The notes beneath the pieces were generated by a model. That model was not told where the DNA came from. It saw only the letters and a program-made list of their open reading frames with translations, and ran no database searches. A stretch of 64,000 bases of DNA from the human T2T-CHM13v2.0 reference genome, Homo sapiens: the NCBI RefSeq assembly GCF_009914755.1, contig NC_060928.1, one strand, 5' to 3'. Numbering within the stretch: position 1 is the first letter of the stretch; the number at the start of each line of letters is the position of its first letter. Positions 1-14,522 of the stretch are shown here, one piece after another. A program made the translations under genes and the position numbers.

Positions 1-243
1 GAGTCTGAGGAATTTATGTGCTCAGAATGGGGATGTGCATGCTGAATGCTCCATGGGCGGCCTGGAAAAAGCACCACTTGATTGGTGAAAAGGCATCGAG
101 GAAGTTCACATTCTGTTAGGGGACTTTACCTGGAACCTACAGCTTGGTTTTAAGGCTTTAATTTGTCTTTGGTTTGAGGGCTGAGTTTCACTGAGGACCC
201 TCCCCTGTGTGCCTAGGAATTTATCTGCTTCTTGCCTCTATCA
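1..243 (-). mobile_element. ERV1 LTR, MER52-like (5' part, runs off window)
   Basis: Reverse complement begins TGATAGAGGCAAGAAGCAGATAAATTCCTAGGCACACAGGGG..., resembling the recalled MER52/LTR27-28 LTR start. Confidence 0.75.
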
Positions 244-1243
244 GAATTCTTCATGGATACACTAACAGATTCTTCTTCAATATTTATAGAAATAATTTCC
301 TCTTGGTTTATTTGTGATGTAAAATTTGTAATACTTTTTCTTAATATTAAATTGCTTTACCTTTGTGAAAAATGTGAAATTAATCCATTTTCTGTAGATT
401 CCTTTTATAAGACCCTTTTTTTGGTTTTTAAAATTGTCTTAGAGTTTTATTCTTAAAAATTCTTTTTATTATGATTTTTAAATCACTATATATTAAGTGA
501 CTAATGTTTTTCTGGTTATAACTAAAAACTAACAATAAAACAGGAAATTAGAATTAAAAAATATTCATATTCAATGACTTTTTAGCTTTATAGATAAATG
601 AAAACATTTTGTGACAATTATTCATCTTATTTAAGCAGTGGAATGCTCTATTTTTATATTTGCATTACAAACGATAGGCTTATTAGAGGTTGGACTTTGA
701 TGTCTAGCCTGCCCCAAACTTAATTCACAGCTATTTTTGTTGTTCTTAAAACCTGAAGGCTTTAGAGTTATATGTATGCATAATAAAATAAGAATTATAG
801 TCTCTGATACCCATAATGGACAATAAGTCTTTAACCACATATTCTTTTTTACTATTTAGTACATGATTAAAAATTATCTTTTGTTCTAATTTCCATATAC
901 ATTCATCTCTGCTAAGGACATCTACACTTAAACATGCAGCTTTCTTGCCCTTTTTGTGTATGTGCTTTGATTTACTACTGTCTTTACACAAGCCAGAAAT
1001 AACTGGTATTTCATGTGATTCCTGTGTGCTTCTGTCCTTGTCCATTTCTCCTCCCTCTACCATGTAAGCAGAACTCGAGGCCATTCTAAGGAAACCTGAG
1101 TCACAGAAACTAGTAACTGGATTCTCCTTCTAAGAGGCAGTGTTAGTATCTGATTTATGTTATTTGTATCTATTCTTAAAAAGATCATACAATAGTTGGT
1201 CCTCATTATTAACAGAATCCATATTTGTGGATGGGCCTACGTG

Positions 1244-1813
1244 TGTGATGGTAGTGAGTCTCAACAAATGTGGACTGAAGTATGCAAAGTATTGTGTTGC
1301 CAAAAGAGATTAACATTTGAGTCAGTGGGCTGGGAAAGGCAGACCCAGCCTTAATTAGGTGGGCACCATCTAATCAGCAGAAAAATACAAAGCAGGCAGA
1401 AAAATGTGAAAAAAGAGAGACTGGCCTAGCTTCCCATCCTGCATCTTTCTCCCATGCTGGATGCTTCCTGCCCTTGAACATTGGACTCCAAGTTCTTCAG
1501 TTTTGGACTGGCTGTCCTTGCTCCTCAAGTTTGCAGACACCTTATTGTGGGACCTTGTGACTGTGTAAGCTAATACTTAATAAACTCCCATATATATGTG
1601 TGTGTGTGTGTGTGTGAGTATATATACACACATATGCACATGTATATATATATATGTGTGTGTATATATATATGTATGTGTATATATGTATGTATGTGTA
1701 TATATGTACTCACTTAAAATATACAGAAATAAATAAAATAAAATGAATACTAAAATAATAGGATTATATATCTCCTATTAGTTTTGTCCCTCTATAGAAC
1801 CCTGATTAATACA
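1244..1813 (+). mobile_element. ERVL solo LTR MLT2A with internal (TA/TG)n tract
   Basis: TGTGATGG start, GAGATTAACATTTGAGTCAGTGGGCTGGGAAAGGCAGACCC, AATAAACTCCC, end AGAACCCTGATTAATACA; degenerate 5-bp TSD ACGTG/ATGTA. Confidence 0.85.
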
Positions 1814-1917
1814 ATGTATAACCCCAAAATCATTACTATTGGGCATTTAAGGGTAGCAAAAATTTTAACTAATAGGTATGTATATTCATAGATAAGGTGG
1901 AACAATCAGTGCTCACC

Positions 1918-2230
1918 TTTTATTTTATTTATTTATTTATTTATTTTGAGAAAGAGTCTTGCTCTTGCCACCCAGGCTAAAGTGCAATAGTGTGATCTAG
2001 GCTCACTGCAGCCTCCACCTCATGGGTTCAAGTGATTCTCCTGCCTCAGCCTCCCAAGTAGCTGGGAATAAAGGCACCTGACACCACACCCAGATAATTT
2101 TTGTATTTTTAGCAGAGACAGAGTTCTACCACGTTGACCAGGCTGGTCTCGAACTCCTGACCTCAGATGTTCCACCAGCCTTGGCCTTCCAAAGTGTTGA
2201 GATTACAGGTGTGAGCCATCACGCCCAGCC
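1918..2230 (-). mobile_element. AluS element
   Basis: Full dimeric Alu in reverse with (TTTA)n tail, inserted in the Tigger element. Confidence 0.95.
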
Positions 2231-3601
2231 TAACCTTCTGATTTCAGCCTTCATATGGTAAATGAGTGTCATTTTGCCATCTATTTAGAAATATTGTTGA
2301 ATTTTTTGTGTCTTTTGTCAGTGAATTTTCTGTTTAAAATGGCCCTAAAGAGTAGGGCTGAAGTGCCGTCTAGTGTTCCAAAGTGCAAGAAGACTATGAT
2401 GTGCCTTACAGAGAAAATATGAGCATTAGATAGACTTTGTTCAGGCATGAAGTGCAACGTTGTTGACGTGAGTTCAATGTCAATAAATCAACAATAGCAC
2501 ACACCCAGAGATAAGAAGGGGAAAGTCACTGATCTTTACCTGAGAATGCTCTGAAAAGTGCTAAAATAGCATCTACAGTGCATGATGAAACTATGAAAAA
2601 GATGGAAACTTCACTATATTTATGGGATTCATGAGCTGATGATTGATGAAATCAACATAGTGGATAGCACTGTTTTTAGGCCAAAAGCCAAAGAATGTCT
2701 TGGTCCTGTTACCCAGGGTCAGTAAAATGTGAGACCCTGTTTGACTAATGTTTCCTTATAAATACTGCACATAATGAGTTATTTGTAATATATGTGTATA
2801 TTTATATATAAAACATATCATTATATATATATATATTACATTAACAAATCCATATATATAATGAGGTGTCTTTAACAGAAGCTGATTTAAAACAAAATTA
2901 TGTTGGATTGGTTCATGAAAACGTGATGAGAGCTTCACAGCAACCTCACCCTATATTTCCCTTAGGACTGGTGGCTCAGTATTTGCCAAATTAGTATCTA
3001 AAGCAACTTTATAGAATATAACTACAGTAAAAAAAGATAATCTATTATATATAAAATGTAGTTAAACTCTTTTGTATGGATAGAGCACTCTAGTTTCTTT
3101 GCTAACTCTCCTCTCAAAAATCAATAATCAAATATGAAAGAATCAGAAGTAATGTAATAGAAAAATGCCTGATATGACATCAAAGTTTTATTGAGACCTA
3201 CAATGCTCCATCCATAAAAAGAGTTTAATGATGATATACAGTGGATTATCTTTTTTTACAGTAGTTATATTCCATAAAGTTGCTTTGGATAGTAATTTGC
3301 CCAATACTTAGCCATTTCTCCTAAGAGAAATATAGGGTGAGGTTACCGTGATGCTCTCATCACAATATTTTCATGAATCAATACTTGTAAATTTTATTGT
3401 AGAAAATGCTACTTTTTATTTAGAGAAAATATACTTTGCAAAATGTATTTATCTGTAATGGTATCTATAGTTGGTAGGTGAGAAGATTTATCTGATTTAA
3501 TAGATTATTTCCCAACTCAATTAGAAAATTGAAAGAGGAATATAGCATAAAAATGACAAAATTAACTATAGAAACATAAAACTAATAGAAAGGGTGAGTA
3601 T

Positions 3602-4853
<1,252 letters not shown>

Positions 4854-4923
4854 AAGAGGGATATAAAGGAATAGACCCTAAAATAACAAACCATTACTTT
4901 GAAATATCTAATTTAGATTAAAA

Positions 4924-5368
4924 TGTTGAGAAAAGAAAAATAGCTCAGAGCAGTGTGAGTTATGTGAAGTAAGCAAAATTTATCAGGCCCAGAAAGACAT
5001 GAATGTGGGACCTCAGTGGTGCCCCTGGCCACCATGCTTTGGAGCCATTGTTTCAAGGCACTTTATTCTTTCTTAACTTCTTTGTAGTTTCCTGACTAGC
5101 TGACTCACCCATTTTCTTCATGTTCCTAAAATTTGTGATAAAAGAACAATGTGTAGCCAATCAATATAGCTTTATATTATTTTAATGTAAATTCTGGTAA
5201 ACAACTTAGGAACTATCTCCTATTTTTCCTTTTAAAAACTCACTCTGCTAATCAGAGCAGAGATGCAGGGCAACTTGAATCTATCCTCCTGGCTGCAGTC
5301 TTCAAACTTGGCCCAAATAAACTCTCTACATCTATTAATTTTGCCACCATGTTTCCTTTAGGTAGACA
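4924..5368 (+). mobile_element. Solo LTR (LTR47-like)
   Basis: TGTTGAGAAAAGAAAAATAGCTCAGAGCAG start, CCAAT box, AATAAA at ~5316, TG...CA termini. Confidence 0.65.
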
Positions 5369-5592
5369 ACATACATTTGTTTCAATGCATGAAAGCAAAA
5401 ATATCAACCTCTCTGATAACGTGCATGTTGTACTTTTTAATGGCTTATATTTCAATGCTATGTTGCATTCAGAAAACAAGATAAATGTGCATTCAATAAT
5501 TACACATTTGAAGGTAGCCACATCTTTTCCATCTGACTAATTTTTACCAATTTTTTTTCAAAATTTTTTCTTTGAATTCAACTAAAGGCTTT

Positions 5593-6904
5593 TGTAACCA
5601 ATACCAAAGCTCATACCTCTCACTGTATGATAGCCAAGAGGTTGAGAGACATGATGTTGGGGCAAGGAAGGTGACTTTTTTTGGAGAGCCAGAAAACAAT
5701 GAAGATGGAGGACTGGTGTCCCAAAGACTCATCTTAAACTACTAGAAATTTTGAGCTCCTTTGATGTTAGGGGAAGGGGAGAGAACAAGAGGGTTGAGGC
5801 CAATAGTGACAGATGGCCGCAGACATCTAGAGAGCAGTAAGGGTAAACTTCTTTGTCCTTGGTCAGGTCACAATGCTCTTATAAATTTTTAACATAACAT
5901 TGTTACTTGTGTATACCCTCCTTATCTCCTGGGGGTTAGTTTTGGGAAAGGACTATTAACATCCTTGCTATAAAGTTAATCATCACTGGTCATTAGAGAA
6001 ATGCAAATCAAAGCCACGGTGAGATACCATCTCATGCCAGTTAGAATGGTGATCATTAAAAAGTCTGGAAACAGCAGATGCTGGAGAGGAATGTGGAGAA
6101 TTAGGAATGCTTTTACACTGTTGGTGGGAGTGTAAATTAGTTCATTCATTGTGGAAGACAGTGTGATGATTCCTCAAGGATCTAGAACCAGACATACCAT
6201 TTGACCTAGCAATCCCATTACTGGGTATATACCAAAACATTATAAATCATTCTACTATAAAGACACAGGCACACGTATGTTTATTGCAGCACTATTTACA
6301 ATAGCAAATATTTGGAACCAGCCCAAATGCCCATCAATGATAGACTGGATAAAGAAAATGTGGCACAGATACACCAAGGAATATTATGCAGCCATAAAAA
6401 ATGAGATTATGTCCTTTCCAGGAACATGGTTGTAGCTGGAAACCATAATTCTCAGCAAACTAACACAGGAACAGAAAACCAAACACCGCATGTTCTCACT
6501 CATAAGTGGGAGTTGAACGATGGGAACACATGGACACAGTGAAGGGAACATCACACACCGGGGCCTGTGGGGGGGTTAGGGGTAAGGGGAGGGAGAGCAT
6601 TAGGACAAATACCTAATGCTTGTGGGGCTTTAAACCTGGACAACAGGTTGATGGGTGCAGCAAACCACCATGGTACATGTATACCTATGTAACAAATCTG
6701 CACATTCTGCACATGTATACCAGGACTTAGAGTAAAATTTAAAAAGAAAATAAAGTTAAACTATAAACCAAATTCCTCCCATAGTTAGCTTGGCCTACCT
6801 GCAGAGATAAGCAAATGCAGTAACCTATAAGAGATCATTGCAGGGGCGGGGAGATTAGGAGCAAAATGAAGTTAGTCATGCTAGGCTTCCTTTTCCCTGA
6901 TACA
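5593..6904 (-). mobile_element. MER4-group ERV1 solo LTR split by an L1 insertion
   Basis: TGTAACC...GAAGATGGAGGACTGGTGTCCCAAAG and resumption TAAAGTTAAACTATAAACCAAATTCCTCCCATAGTTAGCTTGGCCTAC...TGATACA after the L1. Confidence 0.65.
5980..6749 (+). mobile_element. 5'-truncated L1PA (about PA8-PA10) 3' end
   Basis: ORF2 C-terminal sequence plus G-rich 3'UTR and A-tail; TSD ATAAAGTTAA at 5970-5979 and 6750-6759. Confidence 0.92.
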
Positions 6905-7744
6905 CTTTTAAAATAAGTGGAAAATGTTTACATTATTTTCAGGGGTATTGAATGCTCATTTATACGAAGAATGTCAATTTATTTATAACTATTTCTAAGA
7001 AAGCACAAAAACCTAGACTAAAAGCATTAACAAGCAATTGGAAAATATTGTCAAAATATTATTTTAGGGAATACAGTGCATTTTTCTACTCTAACTCATA
7101 CTTAATATGTTCTTCAACATATTTCTTTGGGTTCTGTTTCTTGCATGACATCTTGTAGAGATGAACAGAGGAAAGAATAACTTATTTGCTTTAAAAGAGT
7201 GACGCCTTTTTAAATTTCAAAGTATAAAGTTCTTTTCACAAAAATGTATAAAAATGATTTGCCTTCAGGCAGGGGAATAATAAGTCAAGATTTATCCATT
7301 ATAAAAATTTTACTTTTGAGCTACAAACCTATACAAAACTTATAAATTCTAGAATATGACAGACTTCATAAGTGAATCACAGGTGGTGGTGGTCTACCAC
7401 AGCAGCCTTTTTAGAAGATATCATAAATTAACTTACAAATGTATGTTATTTTCAGTAAATGAAATTTTAGCAGAAACCATATTCAACATAATATTTCCAA
7501 ATAATTTAAGTAAAAGACATATAGCTGAATTTTGTCACTCTCACAAAATCTTGCAAGAATTCATATTTACAGAAGTAATATCTATGAACAAATCTATTAT
7601 AGACTGTTGTAATACCCTAAATCTGAAGTCAAGTATGTTTCAAAACTCCACGCATTTTAGTAAGTACAATGTAAAACAGTCCTACATATATATATATTTT
7701 ATATATATATATATTTTTTAATTTCAACTTAAAACTTATTTCTG

Positions 7745-8044
<300 letters not shown>

Positions 8045-8156
8045 TTAGTGAAGAATTGTTTTGACTCTTAGTATGGTAATAAAGCTGATTATAAAGCTCC
8101 AAGACAGAAATAGTATATTTATCTTACCACTCATTTATTTACACATGGAAACAGGG

Positions 8157-8266
8157 GTGTGTGTGTGTGTGTGTGTGAGTGTGCGTGTGAGTGTGTGCGT
8201 GAGAGTGTGTATGAGTGTGTGTGTGTGAGAGTGTGAGTGTGTGTGTGAGAGTGTGTGTGTGTGTGT
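8157..8266. repeat. Compound (GT)n/(GA) microsatellite
   Basis: Direct reading. Confidence 0.95.
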
Positions 8267-9273
8267 CTGTTCTCTGGTACTTGGACTGCTGAATACACCC
8301 CGGAAAAATTTTTCATAAGAATATGAGAATTTTTCAAGTGATCCCAGACAAGTGTTTTATTTTGGATTCTTTTTGTGGAATATTCAAATTAAATATCTGA
8401 GGAAGTTAGGAAGTGTTTATTCACACACAAAAAAGTGTTTTTAGAAAAGTTTCTGTTGTAATTTCTTTCATAAAATTTTTATTTCTTTTATTAAAATAGA
8501 AAAATGTGAATATAGGTTATTGCTTTTGAGTTAACTATTTTTCAGATATTTATACTTGTATACATTATATAAAAATGCCAGAATTAGTTTACTACTATAT
8601 ATGTAAGAATATTCATTGGTAATACTATTTTTAATTTTATTTGGAGAAAAATTACATGTAAGAGCCTTCTTTGCTATTGTTATTTTAAATTTTATTGGGG
8701 TGAGATTCCTGAGTTAGTGGTCAACTATTAAACATTTATCTTACATATACTAAATATATTACTGGATTCTCTTATACTTGATCTTAGATCAGGTTGAAAT
8801 CTATAGAATGGTTTGGTTTGGAGGTACAGTATCCAGGTGTCTGTAATACTAACCTAGAAATTAAGCTGTAGACTCTCATTACTGACAACTAACATTTAGC
8901 TCTACACGTTAACATAGTTTCAACATTTAGAAAAAGGCTATTGTCTTTTAATAAAGATCTTCATGCAGCAAGAAGTGAGGATATTGATCACTATACAGAA
9001 GCCAGATTCTACCACAGGTAAGTTTTTCACACACTGATTTTGCAGACTCACTTTTAAACATGCACGTCACCCGAGACCTAACTTCATTTATCTTTTTTAA
9101 TGCAATTGTTTTGGTATCCATATGACAGAGAGGACTGTGTTTTCAAGTAAGAAAAAATGAAAAACCCAAAAATCAAACCAATTAAAAATATCTGGAAAAG
9201 AAAGTTGTTGCTCAGAGTAATGAGAGGAGAAAATAACAGAGGATCTGAGAAGTGTCAAGAAGGTGGTTAAGGC

Positions 9274-9577
9274 GGCCGGGCGCGGTGGCTCACGCCTGTA
9301 AACCCAGCACTTTGGGAGGCCGAGGCGGGCGGATCACGAGGTCAGGAGATCGAGACCATCCTGGCTAACATGATGAAACCCCGTCTCTACTAAAAAATAC
9401 AAAAAAAAAAAAAAAAAAAAATAGCCGGGCTTGGTGGCGGGCGCCTGTAATCAGCTAGGAAGCTGAGGCAGGAGAATGGCGTTAACCCGGGAGGCGGAGC
9501 TTGCAGTGAGCCGAGATTGCGCCACTGCACTCCAGCCTTGGCGACAGAGCAAGATTCCGCCTCAAAAAAAAAAAAAA
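9274..9577 (+). mobile_element. AluY, CpG-rich
   Basis: GAGATCGAGACCATCCTGGCTAAC, GAATGGCG, GGAGCTTGCAG diagnostics; 17-bp TSD AAGA(A/T)GGTGGTTAAGGC at 9257-9273 and 9578-9594. Confidence 0.97.
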
Positions 9578-10076
9578 AAGATGGTGGTTAAGGCAAAATA
9601 AAACACGAGAGTATTTATTATGAGTTGAATTTCTTAATAATTAGAATATATAATATAAAATTTTGTTGATTGTTGGGAGACTAATCTCTTCATTCTCTTT
9701 CCAGCCTGCCCACTTAGTCAAGTTTTCTTTCAATAAAATTCGAAGGCAGATCAACAAGTGTCCTGCTTAGGCAAATGTCCCACTAGGTCATGTTATACCG
9801 ATAGTCATTCATACAGGCATGGCCCACTTTCAGTAAGTGACTTTTGTAAACAGTCCTTTAGCATGGGTAGGGAGGATCAAAAAGACATTGCTTTCTTCCT
9901 CTAGTCTGAAGACTATATTCCATGCCATTTTTCCTTGAATTTCTCTACTTCTCTTAAATAGACTTGGAGTAAGCCAGAGGGCAGTAAAGAAAAAAATCGT
10001 AAGGTAAACCTGTTCAGCACTCTCCTTGTAAGGCCTGTAGTAATTCCCTTTAGGGAGTAGCAGGAACAAAATAAGT

Positions 10077-10112
10077 TTTTTTTGTTTGTTTTTTTGTTTG
10101 TTTGTTTGTTTT
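10077..10112. repeat. (TTTG)n microsatellite
   Basis: Direct reading. Confidence 0.85.
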
Positions 10113-11247
10113 CAGCTTTAGAGTATTAGTCTCCATTCCAAGGCAACAGCACTGCTCTGCCTTGCATGCAAAAAACGTTAACTGATAATTTCCCTGACAT
10201 AAAACAAATACATGCTATCATCTCACAGTGCATTAACATTTCAGTGGAAATTAGAAAGAGCATTAAATTTCAATTAAATTTCCAAAACTTAACAAGTCTC
10301 TCCTTATTCCCTCACTCATTCCTATAGTTATTTTTCTATATGAGGTAAACATCTTAGTATACTTTTTAAATAATTGAAGATTTTGTGACAGGAAGTATTT
10401 TTAAAGTCTCCCAGGAACTATGAGACTTTTGAAAGAATTGACACAGAACTTTTGCTGCTCAGTTTACTCTGCAATCCAAACACTGTGCTTCCTGTCATAG
10501 GAAAATTTCATTTGTATTCAAGAGTTTTAAGATATATGTTCCTAAGAAACTGCCTTGGGAAGTTGCTTTAAAGGCAGCTTTTAAATAAATCAAATAACAT
10601 TTGTAGAAGACTTTATTTGGAGAGCTGAGCCATCAACTGTTACTGAAATTCAAAATGTTGAATGATGTGGTCCTCTTTTTAATGAGAAAAATTAAATTCA
10701 GCATTCATTATAAATAATTTCCACACAAAACCTCTGAAAACTGTTGTCAATTTGTTCTTTCTGAACAAATTTAGTCTATTAATCTCTACACTACTAAACT
10801 AGAAAAAAATACAGCATACACAATATTTTAATATGATACTTAAATTGACTAATATTTTCTGGACATTATTTTATTTTACTAATTGTCATTAAAAATTGCA
10901 TATTGATATTGTCCACTCCAGTCATATACGAACTATAGTAGCAATATTCATCATAACAAAATAAACATCTCATTAAACTCTCAAAGCACTGGCACTTTAG
11001 ATTGTAAAATTGCTAAGGAGAAGATTTCTCAATATTTCTTATTGTGTTAAGTTCACATGGACTTAGGCTTTTTTATAAGTGAATCAACTCACTATATGTC
11101 AGAATCACTGTTGAATATAAAAGATTTTCAAGAAGATCCTTCTCATTCACAAAGCTGAGTATACACTAAAAATAATACAAATAATACCAGTAGATAATTC
11201 TAATAAATGTATCAAATAAATACAAATTTTCTGTTATAAAATATACT

Positions 11248-11257
11248 ATATATACAC

Positions 11258-11289
<32 letters not shown>
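11248..11289. repeat. (TA)n microsatellite
   Basis: Direct reading. Confidence 0.9.
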
Positions 11290-11292
<3 letters not shown>

Positions 11293-12417
11293 GTATATTG
11301 CAAAACTCAAGCCAAAAACACTGTTACAGTGCTTTAGCAAAAAGTGAAGTTTTTAAATTTAAAATAAATTTGGCTTGTCATTTTTATAACTAGAATACAA
11401 ACAAATTTGACTCTGAATTTATTACCAGAGCACAGCCGGCTTGTTTTCAAGTTCATGTCCCCTAGGATAAAGTGGCAGTAAAAGGATAATCCATGGCTTG
11501 ATTTCACACAGTTAGGCATCCCAGCATGCACTGCGATAGGGCAAATGAAAGAATTGGGACATTTATAACAAAACTTCCTACAGACTTATTATTGGGAGTG
11601 CCATGAACCATTACAAACTATAGCCCTGGAAGCTCACAAATACAGGCTGTGGTATACCACATTCATTGAAATATACCATAATGCATTTTCTAACTCTTTA
11701 TATTTAACCTTCCATTTTTAAAAGTTAGAATAATTGAGTTTCACACATGGACAAGATTTAATTTATTATACTTTCCTAAATGAGCCTATTTGAACTCATG
11801 TAATATACACATATTAATAATTGAAACCTTAAAGGACCCTTTGTATTCTTCATAATGCCATAATATCTGGCACTTTTAGTCTCTAAAATCACATTTAATA
11901 TAATATTTAGTGTTTTATTTTAAAAAGTCAAAGTAAAATATGAGAAAAATTTATTAAATAATAAAAATTAAATAAAAATGATTCCTTTTTATAAGACATT
12001 GTGATTACTGGCAATGTACAGAAAGTTGATCTAGAACAAAAACTTTGCTCCAATCTTGTTACGATGAGCAAATAATGTACATTTAATTATTTCACACCAG
12101 GAAAAATAATCTTATTAAAAGAATTGAAAAGGGTTGTGGCACCAAAATTCTAGTACTCATTTTGAAGCATAAAAATCATAAATATTGTGGAAATAGTGCA
12201 TTGGGATTGAGCATTTTACAGTGTTAATCAGAACCAATACTATCCATGGTATCGAAATTTAAAGTTCAATATGATCAATAGTCAATTTATGGTTGTCCCC
12301 AAAATAAATTCAAAAGTCCAGAAAAAATCAAGAACTTTATTATCATAAGAAGATATAATTCAATATGCTAGAGTCAATTTATGAAATAATCTTATTACCA
12401 AGAGATGTCAGATAGAT

Positions 12418-12776
12418 TGTATTTGTCTGATCTCACGCCACTAATAAAGACATACCCAATACTGGGTAATTTATAAAGAAAAAGAGGTTTAATGGACTCA
12501 CAGTTTCACATGGCTGAGGAGGCCTTACAATCATGGTGGAAAGCGAATGAGGAGCAAAGCCATGTCTTACACGTCAGTAGGCAAGAGATGGCTTGTGCAG
12601 AAGAACTCCCATTTATAAAACCATCAGATCTCATGAGCCTTATTTACCACCACAAGAACAGTATGGGGAAAATTGCCCCCATGATTCAATTGTCTCCAAC
12701 TGGCCCAACCCTTGACATGTGGGGATTATTACTATTTGAGTTGATCTTTGGTTGGGGACACAGCCAAACCGTATCA
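12418..12776 (-). mobile_element. THE1 (THE1C-like) MaLR solo LTR
   Basis: AAAGACATACCC...GAGGTTTAATGGACTCACAGTT...GGGGACACAGCCAAACCGTATCA; perfect 5-bp TSD TAGAT (12413-12417, 12777-12781). Confidence 0.92.
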
Positions 12777-14101
12777 TAGATTATAGATTGGCAAGTAGAT
12801 AAAACAATGATTGAATACAGGGCAGTGTAGATAGTCCATATGCCACTTTCTATAGCTTTTTATGGACATATCTCATATTCAATTCTGAATTCACCATTGG
12901 TAAACTCAATGTGTCTTACTCAACTTTGCACCCATAAAATGCCTTGTACACTGCCAGATATTTATTAGAGAATTAATAAATATTTGTTGATTGAAAGAAT
13001 ATGAGTGAAAAAAACATGAATCTGAATTCAAACTATAATACTCCTTTCATTGTTTAAACCTTGTGTTAAGAAGTTTAGATTTGATCAATTGTTTTTGTCA
13101 ATTTGTCCTGTAATCTGGAATGCTTATATAAATCATTTTAATGTTAGTAATAATGATATCTGACTAAAAATAATATTTTGATTAGTAGCTATAATGTACC
13201 AGGCACAAACTTGGTACTTTTATGTAATCAGTTCATGACAGTATAATTTGATTTACTTTTTCATACAGTTCATAGTTTATAAGCCAAAGTGTGTTTACAT
13301 GATAACTGTTTTCATTTTCAAATCATTCTGTTAAGAATGTTTAACAGACTTATGATAAGTAAAGGACATACTGGGACATGATAATAGACGCAGAATTATT
13401 GCCTAGAAGGTATTTAGAACATTATGAATTTCACTTCATGGAAAATGTGTGAAAAAGCATTTCCAACATTGAAAACAGTCATATACACAAAAATTTTCCC
13501 AGAGTCTAGATCATCAGTTGGCAGCATATGGCAAGCCTACCAAATATAGCTGGTGAAATAATTTTTAGTAAAGACTCTGTGGATAAATGCATTTATTAAT
13601 TTCAAGAAAAAAATTGTCAGCAAGCAATGCTGGATTTTGATGGCTTCTCCCTATTTCAACTAGTTACGTTCATTTTCCTTGTGTTCCTTTAGAGTCATGT
13701 CTTTCTGACCTCTCTGCTCACACCTAGACATACTCTTAATCAGTTACCTTCTCTGAAATCCCTTCTAAGACTAAGCAGTAGCTAAAAATTCATCCTATTG
13801 ATAAGCTATCTAAGTTTAATCCATTCTAGGAGTGATAACTTTAAGATAATCTTTACTTAATTCTTATATGTTCAAAATATGTTGTATATAAAAAATGTAC
13901 AAAGGATTACGAACTAGATTTTACAATCTATTGCAATATATATATACTAAATATTTGCACATAAAGAAAATATATATGTATGCACATGTGTAATATATAT
14001 AGACACACATATACTATATATATACATATTATTTCATAATGTCTTGATGGAATAAAAGTTTATTGGAATCCATTACAGAACAAGCTAAAATATCTTCTGA
14101 T

Positions 14102-14522
<421 letters not shown>

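Larger units (their letters stand above)
1190..3047 (+). mobile_element. TcMar-Tigger DNA transposon (MER82/Tigger6-like) with decayed transposase N-terminus; interrupted by MLT2A and Alu
   Basis: TIR-like ends (1190-1215; 3020-3047); ATGGCCCTAAAGAGTAGGGCTGAAGTG...AAGAAGACTATGATGTGCCTTACAGAGAAAAT at 2339-2420 resembles the Tigger CENP-B-type HTH start, with stops/frameshifts. Confidence 0.75.

Noticed and set aside
746-1084. 112-aa minus-strand ORF in non-repeat DNA with good Kozak context
   Set aside because: No recognisable domain; a few ORFs of this length are expected by chance in six frames of 64 kb
2339-2700. Domesticated Tigger transposase (TIGD-like) gene
   Set aside because: Frameshifts and stops, truncated after the HTH region
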